In this document: piece after piece, positions 1 through 8,851 of the stretch
Position numbering within the stretch: the stretch's first letter is position 1
Layout of the letters: the number at the start of each line of letters is the position of its first letter
Source: Verrucomicrobiota bacterium
GTDB taxonomy: Bacteria; Verrucomicrobiota; Verrucomicrobiia; Opitutales; Coraliomargaritaceae
Length of the DNA stretch: 64,000 bases
Direction of reading: 5' to 3'
NCBI GenBank assembly: GCA_039815375.1
Contig: JBCBZJ010000004.1
Coordinates: 64,001-128,000 of the forward strand
Notes under the pieces: generated by a model
Told to the model about the DNA's origin: nothing
What the model saw: the letters and a program-made list of their open reading frames with translations, nothing else
Databases searched by the model: none
Made by a program: the position numbers and the translations under genes

Positions 1-1
1 C

Positions 2-115
2 GCACCCGACGGCAGCGTCGTCGCAACAATCAACCAACTCAACCGGGCCGCACCCTTCAACAAAGGCAAGGACGGCGCTAAGCCGCCTTACTACATCGTG
101 CGCATCAGCGAATAA
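2..115 (+). CDS. 3' end of a CDS truncated by the window edge (…APDGSVVATINQLNRAAPFNKGKDGAKPPYYIVRISE*)
   Basis: Open frame from base 2 to TAA at 113-115; function not recognisable. Confidence 0.5.
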   Translation, partial: APDGSVVATINQLNRAAPFNKGKDGAKPPYYIVRISE

Positions 116-157
116 GCCCGAAGAAAGGCTGCCTCTGTTCCACTTCAGGTGTTTGAG

Positions 158-943
158 CTAACGCGACCTATCCTCTTTTCTGAAGAACGGGATGATAGCA
201 GCCATCAACGAAAAAATCAGCGAATAAGATCTAAGCTCAGGCACGAGAACGAGGCCCTCCTGACTTATCGGGTCGGTTACATCTGTTCCGCCGAAGTCGG
301 TATTCAGGCTAAATTCGGTGTTGTTGAGTGTGGCCGTATCCAAGTCAGCTGCATTCGAAAGATCGGCGTCCACCAGCGATGCATCGGTGAAATCAGCAAG
401 CGTCAAATCGGCATCTTCAAGGGTAGCTCCGGTCAAATCCGCACCTGCAAAATCGGGCCCCGTATCGAATAAGGTCGCAAAGAAACCACCAGGAGATCCC
501 GAAGTGGAACTCAAATCAGCATCCACCAAGGTTGAATTACTGAAGTCAGCGCCCAATAAGTTGCCACCGGATAAGTTGGCCCGCGTGAGATCTGCACCGG
601 AAAAATTGGGAGCCCCACCAAAAAATACGACTCCAAAAAAGTTCCCGCTCTGGAAATCGCTCAAATCAGCATCCACCAGAATTGCATTTTCAAAGTTCGT
701 CCCCAGCAAAGTGGTATCTCTCAAATCGGCACCGGTGAAATCGACGCCACTAAAGTTTGCCCCCGAGAAATCGAAACCCGAGAGGTCCACACCACTCAAA
801 TCACTATTTGTCCTCAGGTCCTGTGAAAAGGCACCCGTATCGAAACTGTTACCATCGAGATCGAGAACAATTGCATAGGCAGATGTGAGCGGAATCCCAA
901 ACAAAGTCAGGATTCGAACTGGAAGACTAGTGCGGAAGTTCAT
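158..943 (-). CDS. Secreted pentapeptide-repeat protein with PEP-CTERM-like sorting signal
   Basis: N-terminal signal peptide; many A(D/N)LxX pentapeptides (ADLSG, ANFSG, ADLTG); C-terminal VPEL, hydrophobic helix and basic tail (FFRKEDRSR). Confidence 0.85.
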   Translation of the reverse strand: MNFRTSLPVRILTLFGIPLTSAYAIVLDLDGNSFDTGAFSQDLRTNSDLSGVDLSGFDFSGANFSGVDFTGADLRDTTLLGTNFENAILVDADLSDFQSGNFFGVVFFGGAPNFSGADLTRANLSGGNLLGADFSNSTLVDADLSSTSGSPGGFFATLFDTGPDFAGADLTGATLEDADLTLADFTDASLVDADLSNAADLDTATLNNTEFSLNTDFGGTDVTDPISQEGLVLVPELRSYSLIFSLMAAIIPFFRKEDRSR

Positions 944-1165
944 ATCTATTTTTGCAAATCCAGCCGGAAGTCACTATCGCTTTTAGCGCCAACCGGCAAT
1001 TAATGGAACTATGCGTGAAAAAACGGTATATGCTCAAAAATCGATTAGCGTGCAGTGGTAAGAACAAAAAATTAATGTTTCGCAACATCATAGAGCACAA
1101 AGATGGCCGAAGCCCCTCAAGCCACTACGGTTATGGAATAGACTCGAATGACCGTTGATTGATGA

Positions 1166-1621
1166 ATGAAAAAATACAATAAACACACCTTCTGGATGCT
1201 CCTCTCGCTCGGCATTTGGATCGGCTTGGTGCTGGGCATTTCCTTCATGGAAGCGCCGCTCAAGTTCCAGGCTCCTGGCATCACAACCGAGCTGGGACTG
1301 AGTATCGGTCGGCTCGTCTTTGCCGCTCTGAACAAGATGGAGCTGTCTTGCCTCATCGTCCTAAGCATCGCAGGTGCTCCGCTTCTTAAGAGCTGGGGCC
1401 GTTGGTATTTTATTACATTCGCCGGGCTCTGGGCCTTGATGCTCGGCCAATCCTTTTACCTCCTCCCCATATTGGACGAGCGTGCAGCGTTGATCATCGC
1501 CGGGGCACCACCGCCCGACACATGGCACCACCTCGGTTATGTCATCCTTGAAGGCATCAAAATCCCGATGCTTCTGGTTCTCTTCACGCTTGCATATCGC
1601 AAGCAGGCACGAACAAGCTAG
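1166..1621 (+). CDS. Four-TM membrane protein, DUF4149/TMEM205-like
   Basis: ISFMEAPLKF and GRLVFAALNKMEL motifs, WHHLGY…EGIK; four hydrophobic segments. Confidence 0.75.
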   Translation: MKKYNKHTFWMLLSLGIWIGLVLGISFMEAPLKFQAPGITTELGLSIGRLVFAALNKMELSCLIVLSIAGAPLLKSWGRWYFITFAGLWALMLGQSFYLLPILDERAALIIAGAPPPDTWHHLGYVILEGIKIPMLLVLFTLAYRKQARTS

Positions 1622-1707
1622 TTCGCATAACACCCTTCGGCATAGAATGGACCGGTGCAAAAACATCCTCTCTCCCAGCTCAAAACTCGTAGCCATAATC
1701 GTTTAAC

Positions 1708-2046
1708 ATGCGCCAATACCGATCACTCTGCGCGCTGGCCTCATCGCTTGATATCTTTGGCGACAAATGGACGCTGCTCGTTATTCGAGACCTCTTTCGC
1801 GGTTGTGCGCACTTCAAAGATTTTCAGGCATCCCCTGAAGGGATTGCTACAAATATTCTTTCGAATCGCCTAAGCCGCCTGATCGAACACGAGCTGGTTG
1901 AGAAATTTCCGTCGACTGAGATCCCAGGCCGAAACGCCTATCGTCTGACTGAGAAAGGCCGCTCGCTCGAACCGGTGCTCTATGCGATTCTCGACTGGGG
2001 CAAAGCCAACATACCCGGATCCGGAGCGTTTCTGAGTGATATCTAG
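1708..2046 (+). CDS. HxlR-family winged-helix transcriptional regulator
   Basis: N-terminal Cys (SLCAL), LDIFGDKWTLLVIRDL, GIATNILSNRL, YRLTEKGRSL. Confidence 0.92.
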   Translation: MRQYRSLCALASSLDIFGDKWTLLVIRDLFRGCAHFKDFQASPEGIATNILSNRLSRLIEHELVEKFPSTEIPGRNAYRLTEKGRSLEPVLYAILDWGKANIPGSGAFLSDI

Positions 2047-2085
2047 ACGCTAAAAATTCAACGTCCAAATACCGACCCGAGTTCA

Positions 2086-2126
2086 ATACTTGCAAAATGC
2101 AACTTTTATACTTGCATTTTGCAAGC
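2086..2126. promoter_or_regulatory. Tandem palindromic operator pair, probably bound by the adjacent HxlR regulator
   Basis: CTTGCAAAATGCAA (2089-2102) and TTGCATTTTGCAAG (2112-2125) are exact reverse complements; each arm is itself TTGCA-N3-TGCAA; lies about 60 bp upstream of the 2188 ATG. Confidence 0.7.
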
Positions 2127-2187
2127 ATTAGGAAATATCACCCAAAAGACAGCAGAACCCTCAATTACCAATTAAATCAAATTAGCG

Positions 2188-2898
2188 ATGGAATTCCTCA
2201 ACGCCCACCCAATCACCACCTTCATTGTTCTCGCCGCGATGTTGGTCACACCCTTCTACATCTTCGCGACTTTTGCGTTCAGCGGAGCGTCTCTGAAGCG
2301 CGGTGGTGTGCTTGCTTCGCTCGCTCTGGTTTTCGGAGCAGCAATGTTTATCGTCTGCATTTACGCCGTTCCGGATCAGCTTGGAGTGGTTGGTAATCTG
2401 ATTATTCCGGTCGTGTGGATCCTGCCCAGCCTAGTCTTGTTTTGGTTTCGCGAATGGGTGCTGGCTGAGCGGCTCTCCTCGCACTATCTAATCAGCCTTC
2501 AACTCTGGCGAGCGATCGGAGCAGTCTTTCTCATTGAAATGGCTCGTGGTAATCTCCCGGGGGTCTTCGCTTATCCTGCTGGCGTAGGTGACGTGCTGGT
2601 CGCAGTTGCTGCGCTCATCGTCCTGATCCAATACCGGAATGCGAAAGACATCTCTGCCCCGGCGATTCATGTGGTGGGTGTGCTTGGAGTGCTCGACTTT
2701 TGCGCTGCCTTCTTCTTCGGCTTCACCTCATCAGATTCGCCGATTCAACTATTCTCCCAAGATAATCCAAATCAGGTCAGCCTTTTTCCGACAGGCCTCA
2801 TCCCCTTATTTCTAGTCCCCTATGCAATCTTCTTCCATGTCCTCGCTTGGTTGAATCTGGCCAAACATGGAACTCGTCTGCAGCAAACAGCACCGTAA
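2188..2898 (+). CDS. Polytopic membrane protein of unknown function
   Basis: About 7 hydrophobic helices; QLWRAIGAVFL, PGVFAYPAGVGD and FPTGLIPLFLVP motifs of a conserved hypothetical family. Confidence 0.75.
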   Translation: MEFLNAHPITTFIVLAAMLVTPFYIFATFAFSGASLKRGGVLASLALVFGAAMFIVCIYAVPDQLGVVGNLIIPVVWILPSLVLFWFREWVLAERLSSHYLISLQLWRAIGAVFLIEMARGNLPGVFAYPAGVGDVLVAVAALIVLIQYRNAKDISAPAIHVVGVLGVLDFCAAFFFGFTSSDSPIQLFSQDNPNQVSLFPTGLIPLFLVPYAIFFHVLAWLNLAKHGTRLQQTAP

Positions 2899-2932
2899 TC
2901 GAAATCAGAGTCGAATCTTCCAAGCGTCTTCA

Positions 2933-3035
2933 TGGTAGCGCAGGTCCGTCCCCGGACCGCACAAACGCCATGTAATACAATAGACTGATCGATAGGATAC
3001 AAGATACTGCGCACCGAGACGGTGCTGCGCTACCA
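2933..3035. repeat. Inverted GGTAG-type REP doublet (REPIN-like)
   Basis: TGGTAGCGCAG plus hairpin GGTCCG-tccc-CGGACC at 2933-2960; inverted copy TGGTAGCGCAG plus hairpin GCACCG-tct-CGGTGC at 3009-3035. Confidence 0.7.
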
Positions 3036-3113
3036 ATGCAAAACACTCCTTGGCAATGCGTCTGGAAGAGTTCGCCCTTGGCAAACCAACATGACAAGGT
3101 TGATGCTGATTCG

Positions 3114-4211
3114 ATGAACCATGATGCGCAAAGCTACGCGGAACAGCTAAATAAAAAGATCGAGCAGACTCGCGAGGAATTTGCCGAGTTCGGTGTGGAG
3201 GCAATCGAAGTGTTCACGTCCGAACCAGAGCACTACCGGATGCGTGCTGAGTTCCGGGTCTGGCACGAAGGCGAGGATCTCTACTACATCATGTTCAATC
3301 CGGAGACGAAGGATAAGTATCGGGTCGATACCTTTCCAGCTGCATCACAGCTGATCAATGATCTGATGCCTCAAGTAATTGAAGGCGTAAAATACAATCC
3401 GATCCTCCGCAAAAAGCTCTTTCAAGTCGATTTCCTTACGACTCTCAGTGGTGAAGCACTGGTCTCCCTGCTCTACCATAAACCGATTGATGAAGATTGG
3501 GTCGCAGCAGCACAGCAGCTCAAGGCCTCGCTTTTCGAAAAAGGACTTCTCGTCAACCTAATCGGTCGTGCACGGAAGAAGAAATTCGTTCTGGACCACG
3601 ACTACGTCATCGAACGCCTTAGCGTGAACGGCAGGACCTTTACCTACCAGCAGCATGAGAATGCCTTCACTCAACCCAACGCTAAGGTTGCCGAGCAAAT
3701 GCTCGACTGGGTCCAAAACACAACAAAAGGCGCCGAAGGCGACTTGCTGGAACTCTACTGCGGCAACGGCAACTTCTCGATCGCGCTTGCTCGAAACTTC
3801 AGGCGCGTCCTCGCCACCGAGCTCTCCAAACAATCTGTCACTGCTGCCCAGTGGAACATACGCAAGAACCGCGTCGAGAACCTAAAAATCGCCCGCCTCT
3901 CGGCCGAAGAACTCACCGAAGCACTCGAAGGCCAGCGCGTATTCCGCAGGCTTCAACAACAGGACATCGATCTTGCCGACTACGATTTCTCCACGGTTCT
4001 CGTCGACCCACCCCGTGCCGGTATCGACGAGACTTCACTCGCAACACTCCAAGTGTATCCAAATATCCTCTACATCTCCTGCAATCCGGAAACACTCAAA
4101 GCAAACCTCGAAACACTCAGCAAAACTCACCGCATCACCCGCACCGCACTCTTCGATCAATTTCCCTACACCCACCACCGTGAAATGGGCGTCGTTCTGG
4201 AACTTCGGTAG
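3114..4211 (+). CDS. trmA: tRNA/tmRNA (uracil-5-)-methyltransferase TrmA
   Basis: [55 protein letters not shown] 3114 preferred because the ORF-track extension begins in the intergenic region right after the REP doublet. Confidence 0.95.
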   Translation: MNHDAQSYAEQLNKKIEQTREEFAEFGVEAIEVFTSEPEHYRMRAEFRVWHEGEDLYYIMFNPETKDKYRVDTFPAASQLINDLMPQVIEGVKYNPILRKKLFQVDFLTTLSGEALVSLLYHKPIDEDWVAAAQQLKASLFEKGLLVNLIGRARKKKFVLDHDYVIERLSVNGRTFTYQQHENAFTQPNAKVAEQMLDWVQNTTKGAEGDLLELYCGNGNFSIALARNFRRVLATELSKQSVTAAQWNIRKNRVENLKIARLSAEELTEALEGQRVFRRLQQQDIDLADYDFSTVLVDPPRAGIDETSLATLQVYPNILYISCNPETLKANLETLSKTHRITRTALFDQFPYTHHREMGVVLELR

Positions 4212-4346
4212 AGGGCAAAAGTCGAAGCGAGCCTACAGCCGGCAGCTATCGAGAGGCTGCGAGGCGTCTGAACGTTGACCAAAGAACACTGAAAAAGCTT
4301 GTTACTATGGAAACCTAAGCGCTTCCGGTTATGATGCTCGTTAAAC

Positions 4347-5306
4347 ATGCTGTCGCTTTTCTATGACCCCATCTATACCACAGGAATCGATCCAACTGCG
4401 CGATTCCCGAGAGAACGCTATCGATTGCTGGCCGAGCGGCTGAGAGGTCTTGATCATATCGAGCTAAGACAACCGCGACTGGCCCGCCGCGAAGAGTTGG
4501 TTCTGGCTCACGACCCAAGTTATGTAGATGCCTTCCTAAGCAATCAGCTTAGTCCGGAAGCCATTCGCCGAATCGGTCTACGGCCATGGACAAAGGACCT
4601 CATCGAACGCACGCTTCGCATCACAGGCGGCAGTCTGCAGGCACTCGAGCATGCCTTAAGCAATCAGACCATCGCAGGCAACATGGCTGGCGGCACACAT
4701 CACGCTTACGGTAACTTCGGCTCGGGTTATTGCATCTTTAATGACATCGCAATCTGCTCATTTGCAGCGCTCAAGCATCCGGATATCAGTCGTATTCTCG
4801 TGCTTGATCTGGATGTGCATCAAGGCGACGGCACGGCTGCGATCTGTTCAAATGAAGAACGCATCTTCACCTGTTCAATTCATGCGGAGAGCAATTTCCC
4901 CTTCCGCAAGCAACAGAGCGAGCTCGATATCCACTTGGACGACGAAATTTCCGACGCCGACTACCTTGAGTGCCTTGACCGCACTATGGACAAGGTAGGA
5001 GCTAAGAACTTTGATCTCATTCTTTACCAAGCCGGTGTCGATCCGCTGGCTGAAGATGCTTTGGGCAACCTTAGCCTAAGTCGGGCATGCTTGAATGAGC
5101 GCAACATACGCGTTTTTGAACTCTATCGAAGATATGGAATCCCGATCGTTGTTTTCATGGGAGGTGGTTATGCCAAGCAGATCGAAACGAGTGTGGATGC
5201 TTTCCAGGATCTGTTTACGTCAGCCGCAAGCTATACCAATCAACCAGACCGACTCAAACATTGCTTCATCCAACGATCTAGGATTGCCTCGGAGCATGAA
5301 GCTTAG
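4347..5306 (+). CDS. Histone deacetylase family (Zn-dependent amidohydrolase)
   Basis: AGGTHHA, GYCIFND, DLDVHQGDGT, YQAGVD, MGGGY motifs. Confidence 0.93.
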   Translation: MLSLFYDPIYTTGIDPTARFPRERYRLLAERLRGLDHIELRQPRLARREELVLAHDPSYVDAFLSNQLSPEAIRRIGLRPWTKDLIERTLRITGGSLQALEHALSNQTIAGNMAGGTHHAYGNFGSGYCIFNDIAICSFAALKHPDISRILVLDLDVHQGDGTAAICSNEERIFTCSIHAESNFPFRKQQSELDIHLDDEISDADYLECLDRTMDKVGAKNFDLILYQAGVDPLAEDALGNLSLSRACLNERNIRVFELYRRYGIPIVVFMGGGYAKQIETSVDAFQDLFTSAASYTNQPDRLKHCFIQRSRIASEHEA

Positions 5307-5505
5307 ACAAGGCCAGATCTGGAAGACCAATCCAGAGGTGCATAGCCACAATGGGGAGGCACTCTACCTGCGAATTGTTCAGCTCGAACGCCTCTCAGTC
5401 GACTATAAGGAAATCGTGAGCCTTGAGACCGGAGACGGCCGTCACAAACAAGCGACGAAAAAGCAATTCTGCCGCCTAATCAAAGGCGCCCGGGAGCTCG
5501 GGTAA
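5296..5505 (+). CDS. Small hypothetical protein (69 aa, MKLRQGQIWK…TKKQFCRLIKGA)
   Basis: ATG at 5296 preceded by GGAG; overlaps the HDAC stop by 11 nt; it is the C-terminal half of ORF 5095..5505; resembles a small verrucomicrobial protein (from memory, unverified). Confidence 0.6.
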   Translation: MKLRQGQIWKTNPEVHSHNGEALYLRIVQLERLSVDYKEIVSLETGDGRHKQATKKQFCRLIKGARELG

Positions 5506-5593
5506 GATTTCATCAAAAATCTAATAAACGCATGGCACTAAAAGCCTGCGCATTAGACAAAAGCCTTCGAGCACATATTGTGCAAGTTCAGGC

Positions 5594-6076
5594 ATGAAGA
5601 AAAGACGAGCACTGATGGTCCTTCTGTTGGCCTTTGTATCCATACTTTATCTATGGATAAGCGCATCAAAGGAGAAACAAAAGCTTCACACCGCAAAAAC
5701 AGAGATTTCCAACCTGGGAGCGCAAGAACCCAAAATTGAGGACCCGGTCCGCCGCACTACGGCCGATGAGCTCCCGGCAAAAGTCACGCATCAACCGATA
5801 AGGGAACATGATTTAAACTACATTAAGTCGGCCATGAGGAGAGATGTCCGTTCTCTTACACCGGTGAAGCGACCCGACGACTCAATCAAGGTCGATCTCG
5901 AAGGCAGCTTCAGAAATGCATCCATGGCCCGACTGCACCCTGATGGCTCGATCGAAGTGATTTGCTTCGATAACTTTGGGCAAGCACGAGATTTCCTATT
6001 TGATCAGGAACCGCCGCAGGCAGATCAAGAGCCTGAAACCGAAGCATCACTTCAGCCGGCACTTGCGGAAAAATGA
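5594..6076 (+). CDS. Membrane-anchored or exported protein with a 'post-PEP-CTERM-1'-like segment; partner of the downstream peptidase
   Basis: N-terminal signal/anchor; PDDSIKVDLEGSFRNASMARLHPDGSIEVIC motif; ATGA overlap with the next gene. Confidence 0.6.
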   Translation: MKKRRALMVLLLAFVSILYLWISASKEKQKLHTAKTEISNLGAQEPKIEDPVRRTTADELPAKVTHQPIREHDLNYIKSAMRRDVRSLTPVKRPDDSIKVDLEGSFRNASMARLHPDGSIEVICFDNFGQARDFLFDQEPPQADQEPETEASLQPALAEK

Positions 6077-7917
6077 AAACGGCTAGTCAAATCCTCCTTA
6101 GCCTTGGCTTGGCGCTTCTGCCCGTCGGACAGGTCTCTGCCCTTACTTTCAGCTTCGATTACCAGGATTCCAACGGCTTCGGCTACTTCGACAACACTTC
6201 AGCTAGTCCAGTCGGTGGCAACACGGGAACTACACTTGGCGAACAGCGACGTATCCTTCTCGAGCATGCGGCAGGCGTCTGGGCCAATTATCTGGAAAGC
6301 GACATTACCATAGTAATTGGAGCGGACTTTCAGCAGATTGGAGGCAGCTCCAACTCGGCAACGCTCGCTTTCGCAGGACCTGAGTTTCTACTAAGCGATT
6401 TCGATGGGGCGCCTCTGCCTGATATCCTCTATGTCTCAGCACTGGCTGATAGCCTGGCGGGAGAGGATAACGACCCGGGGTCCCCTGATCTGGGAATCAC
6501 GGTCAATGAGTCCATCGACTCCGACCCAAACGTGCTTGGTGGTGGTGGTTTCTACTACGGTCTCGACAACAATGCACCGTCAAACCAAACCGACCTTCTT
6601 TCTACTCTTCTTCACGAAATTGGGCACGGCCTCGGATTCCTCTCTACCGTCGATGAAACAGATGGAACGCTGCTTGGAGGCCTACCCGACAGCTTCACCG
6701 TCCACATTTTCGACGAGGAGACAAACGAAGCATGGACTGAGATGACAAATACCGAGCGTCGAAACTCGGCCATCAACGATCCAGATGTGACTTTCCGGGG
6801 CCCGGCAACACAACAGGCCGCAAAACGTCAACTTAAGCCTGAATTCGGCGGTGTCTCGGTAGATCAAATCAACGCAAGTGGCGATACGATCTCCAGCTTC
6901 TCGGCTCAGGCCGGAAACTTCGGTTGGGGTGTCCCGGAATCAGGCGTATCGGGAAAACTGGTTCTGGTAGACGACGGCAGCGGCACGACCAGCGACGGTT
7001 GCCAAGGGCCTTTCGTCAATGAAAACGAAGTGCTCGGTCAAATCGCTTTGATTGACCGGGGAACATGCTTCTTCGACGAAAAAGTTGCTTTCGCGCAGGC
7101 TGCCGGTGCTATCGCAGTCATCATTGCCAATAATGATGGCGAAACCCTGGTTAAGATGTCTGGCGATGACGCCAGCATAACTATCCCTTCCGTCTTCATT
7201 GGCCAAAGCGATGGGAACGAACTGAAGGCACTCTTACCGGGCGCTCTGGTGCAGATACGAAACACGATCGACCCATCGGGAATCCGCGAAGGTTCTGTAA
7301 GCCTCCATGCTCCAAATCCAGTCGCATCAGGATCAAGCATTTCACACTGGTCAATCAGCACCTTCCCACATCTCTTAATGCAGCCAAACTTATCCAGACT
7401 TGTGGACATTACGAATCCTCAATCAGGGCTGGTTCCTTTTACGCAACTGCCTGAACTCGATCTCACCATCCTTGCAATGCGCGATATCGGATGGCCTATA
7501 AAGAATATCAGTATCCCGCATCTTTCCTACGAACTTTGGGCTGCTGAGCAGATAACCGGGCCCAACACCGGACGCGAGCAAGACGCAGATGGCGACAGCT
7601 ACACAAACTTCTTCGAGTATGTCTATGCCACCGATCCGATGCTGGCCAGTTCCGCGCCGCTGGTTCCCGCCTTTTCCGTTCTCGACCCCTCAAATCTGGA
7701 GCTGAAATACACCCGTAATTCGATCGCAGCCGATGTTACTTTTGAACTCACGCGCACGGAAGATCTTGAAACCTCATTCTCCGATACCACCTATGGAACC
7801 GGTTACCGCCAAACCGGTGCAACGACAATTGATGACATGACTGAGGAAGTCGAATGGGAGGTCTTCTCGGAAGCACCGAACGAGTTCTTTCGAGTTAAGG
7901 GCACGGAGAATCCATAG
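6073..7917 (+). CDS. Secreted zinc metallopeptidase with inserted PA domain and verrucomicrobial-type C-terminal domain
   Basis: Signal peptide; LLHEIGHGLGF (HExxH); PA domain IALIDRGTCFFDEKVAFAQAAGAIAVII; SISHW; C-terminal W…DADGDSYTNFFEY…TDP…FFRV. Confidence 0.85.
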   Translation: MKTASQILLSLGLALLPVGQVSALTFSFDYQDSNGFGYFDNTSASPVGGNTGTTLGEQRRILLEHAAGVWANYLESDITIVIGADFQQIGGSSNSATLAFAGPEFLLSDFDGAPLPDILYVSALADSLAGEDNDPGSPDLGITVNESIDSDPNVLGGGGFYYGLDNNAPSNQTDLLSTLLHEIGHGLGFLSTVDETDGTLLGGLPDSFTVHIFDEETNEAWTEMTNTERRNSAINDPDVTFRGPATQQAAKRQLKPEFGGVSVDQINASGDTISSFSAQAGNFGWGVPESGVSGKLVLVDDGSGTTSDGCQGPFVNENEVLGQIALIDRGTCFFDEKVAFAQAAGAIAVIIANNDGETLVKMSGDDASITIPSVFIGQSDGNELKALLPGALVQIRNTIDPSGIREGSVSLHAPNPVASGSSISHWSISTFPHLLMQPNLSRLVDITNPQSGLVPFTQLPELDLTILAMRDIGWPIKNISIPHLSYELWAAEQITGPNTGREQDADGDSYTNFFEYVYATDPMLASSAPLVPAFSVLDPSNLELKYTRNSIAADVTFELTRTEDLETSFSDTTYGTGYRQTGATTIDDMTEEVEWEVFSEAPNEFFRVKGTENP

Positions 7918-7943
7918 AGAGTCGTCGCTGATCACATCGTAAG

Positions 7944-8672
7944 TTAAACGAAGAGCGGTGCCATTTGACGCCAGTAGTGGCCGCGATGCGCACGATCCCA
8001 CCAATACTGAAGACGATGACTCACACCTTTGTCGTCCAGGATACGGCTGAGATACTCGTTGTTTCCGCGAAAGGGGTCCTCTTCACCGATCACGAAAGTG
8101 ATATCCATGTTACGCAGATGACTTAAGCGGTCAGGGCATTCCAGGTTGGGGAGAAAGTGAGTCGGTGTATTATAGTAGACCGAGTCATCGTAATAGGAAT
8201 CAAGCAGGTCGCCGAAATACTCCACCGGCGTGGTCAAGTCATAGCGCCCGGAAAAGGCGACGAGTTTCTTGAATATATGCGGGTGACGAAAAGCAATGTT
8301 GGCTGCGTGGAATGCCCCCAGACTGCAGCCGTGTGAAATCACACACTCGTGAGCATTTTTCTCATGCATGAGGGGGATGACTTCCTCGAGTATGTAGGAC
8401 TCATATTTCTGGTGGCGTTCGATACGCCCACTAGGGTGCGCCCACCAGCAATAGAAACTCTCTTCATCGATACTATCGATGCAATAGAGCTGAAGCTGCC
8501 CAGCCTCGAGTTTGTGACGCAAGACCTCGGTCATGCGCATGTTCTCGTATTCGTAAAAGCGACCACCCCTGGTTGGAAAAACCAGCACTTTGGCACCCGA
8601 ATTGCCGAAAATAAGGAGCTCCATGTCTCGCTCGAGTCGAGGACTCCACCATTTGTGATATTCGCGATTCAT
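7944..8672 (-). CDS. Esterase family protein (alpha/beta hydrolase)
   Basis: REYHKWWSPRLERDMELLIFG, GCSLG nucleophile elbow, acidic residues and late His (GEED…AH). Confidence 0.88.
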   Translation of the reverse strand: MNREYHKWWSPRLERDMELLIFGNSGAKVLVFPTRGGRFYEYENMRMTEVLRHKLEAGQLQLYCIDSIDEESFYCWWAHPSGRIERHQKYESYILEEVIPLMHEKNAHECVISHGCSLGAFHAANIAFRHPHIFKKLVAFSGRYDLTTPVEYFGDLLDSYYDDSVYYNTPTHFLPNLECPDRLSHLRNMDITFVIGEEDPFRGNNEYLSRILDDKGVSHRLQYWWDRAHRGHYWRQMAPLFV

Positions 8673-8743
8673 TCTGAAGTATTCAACAGGCAGAGAGTCG
8701 CAAGCAGGACACCATTCCGGTAGATGTCGTAGGACCTTCGCGT

Positions 8744-8805
8744 GGGTAGAGCGCAGTCCCCAGACAAGCCGCTAACCCAACCCGGCTTGCATGGACGCTT
8801 TGCCC
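8744..8805. repeat. Degenerate GGTAG-type REP hairpin/doublet
   Basis: GGGTAGAGCG…GTCC…CAAGCCG pairs imperfectly with CGGCTTG…GGAC-GCTTTGCCC in an intergenic spacer. Confidence 0.45.
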
Positions 8806-8851
8806 TTGTTTTGACACACGTCGCATTTTCAACTTTTTGAGCACTCTTCGC

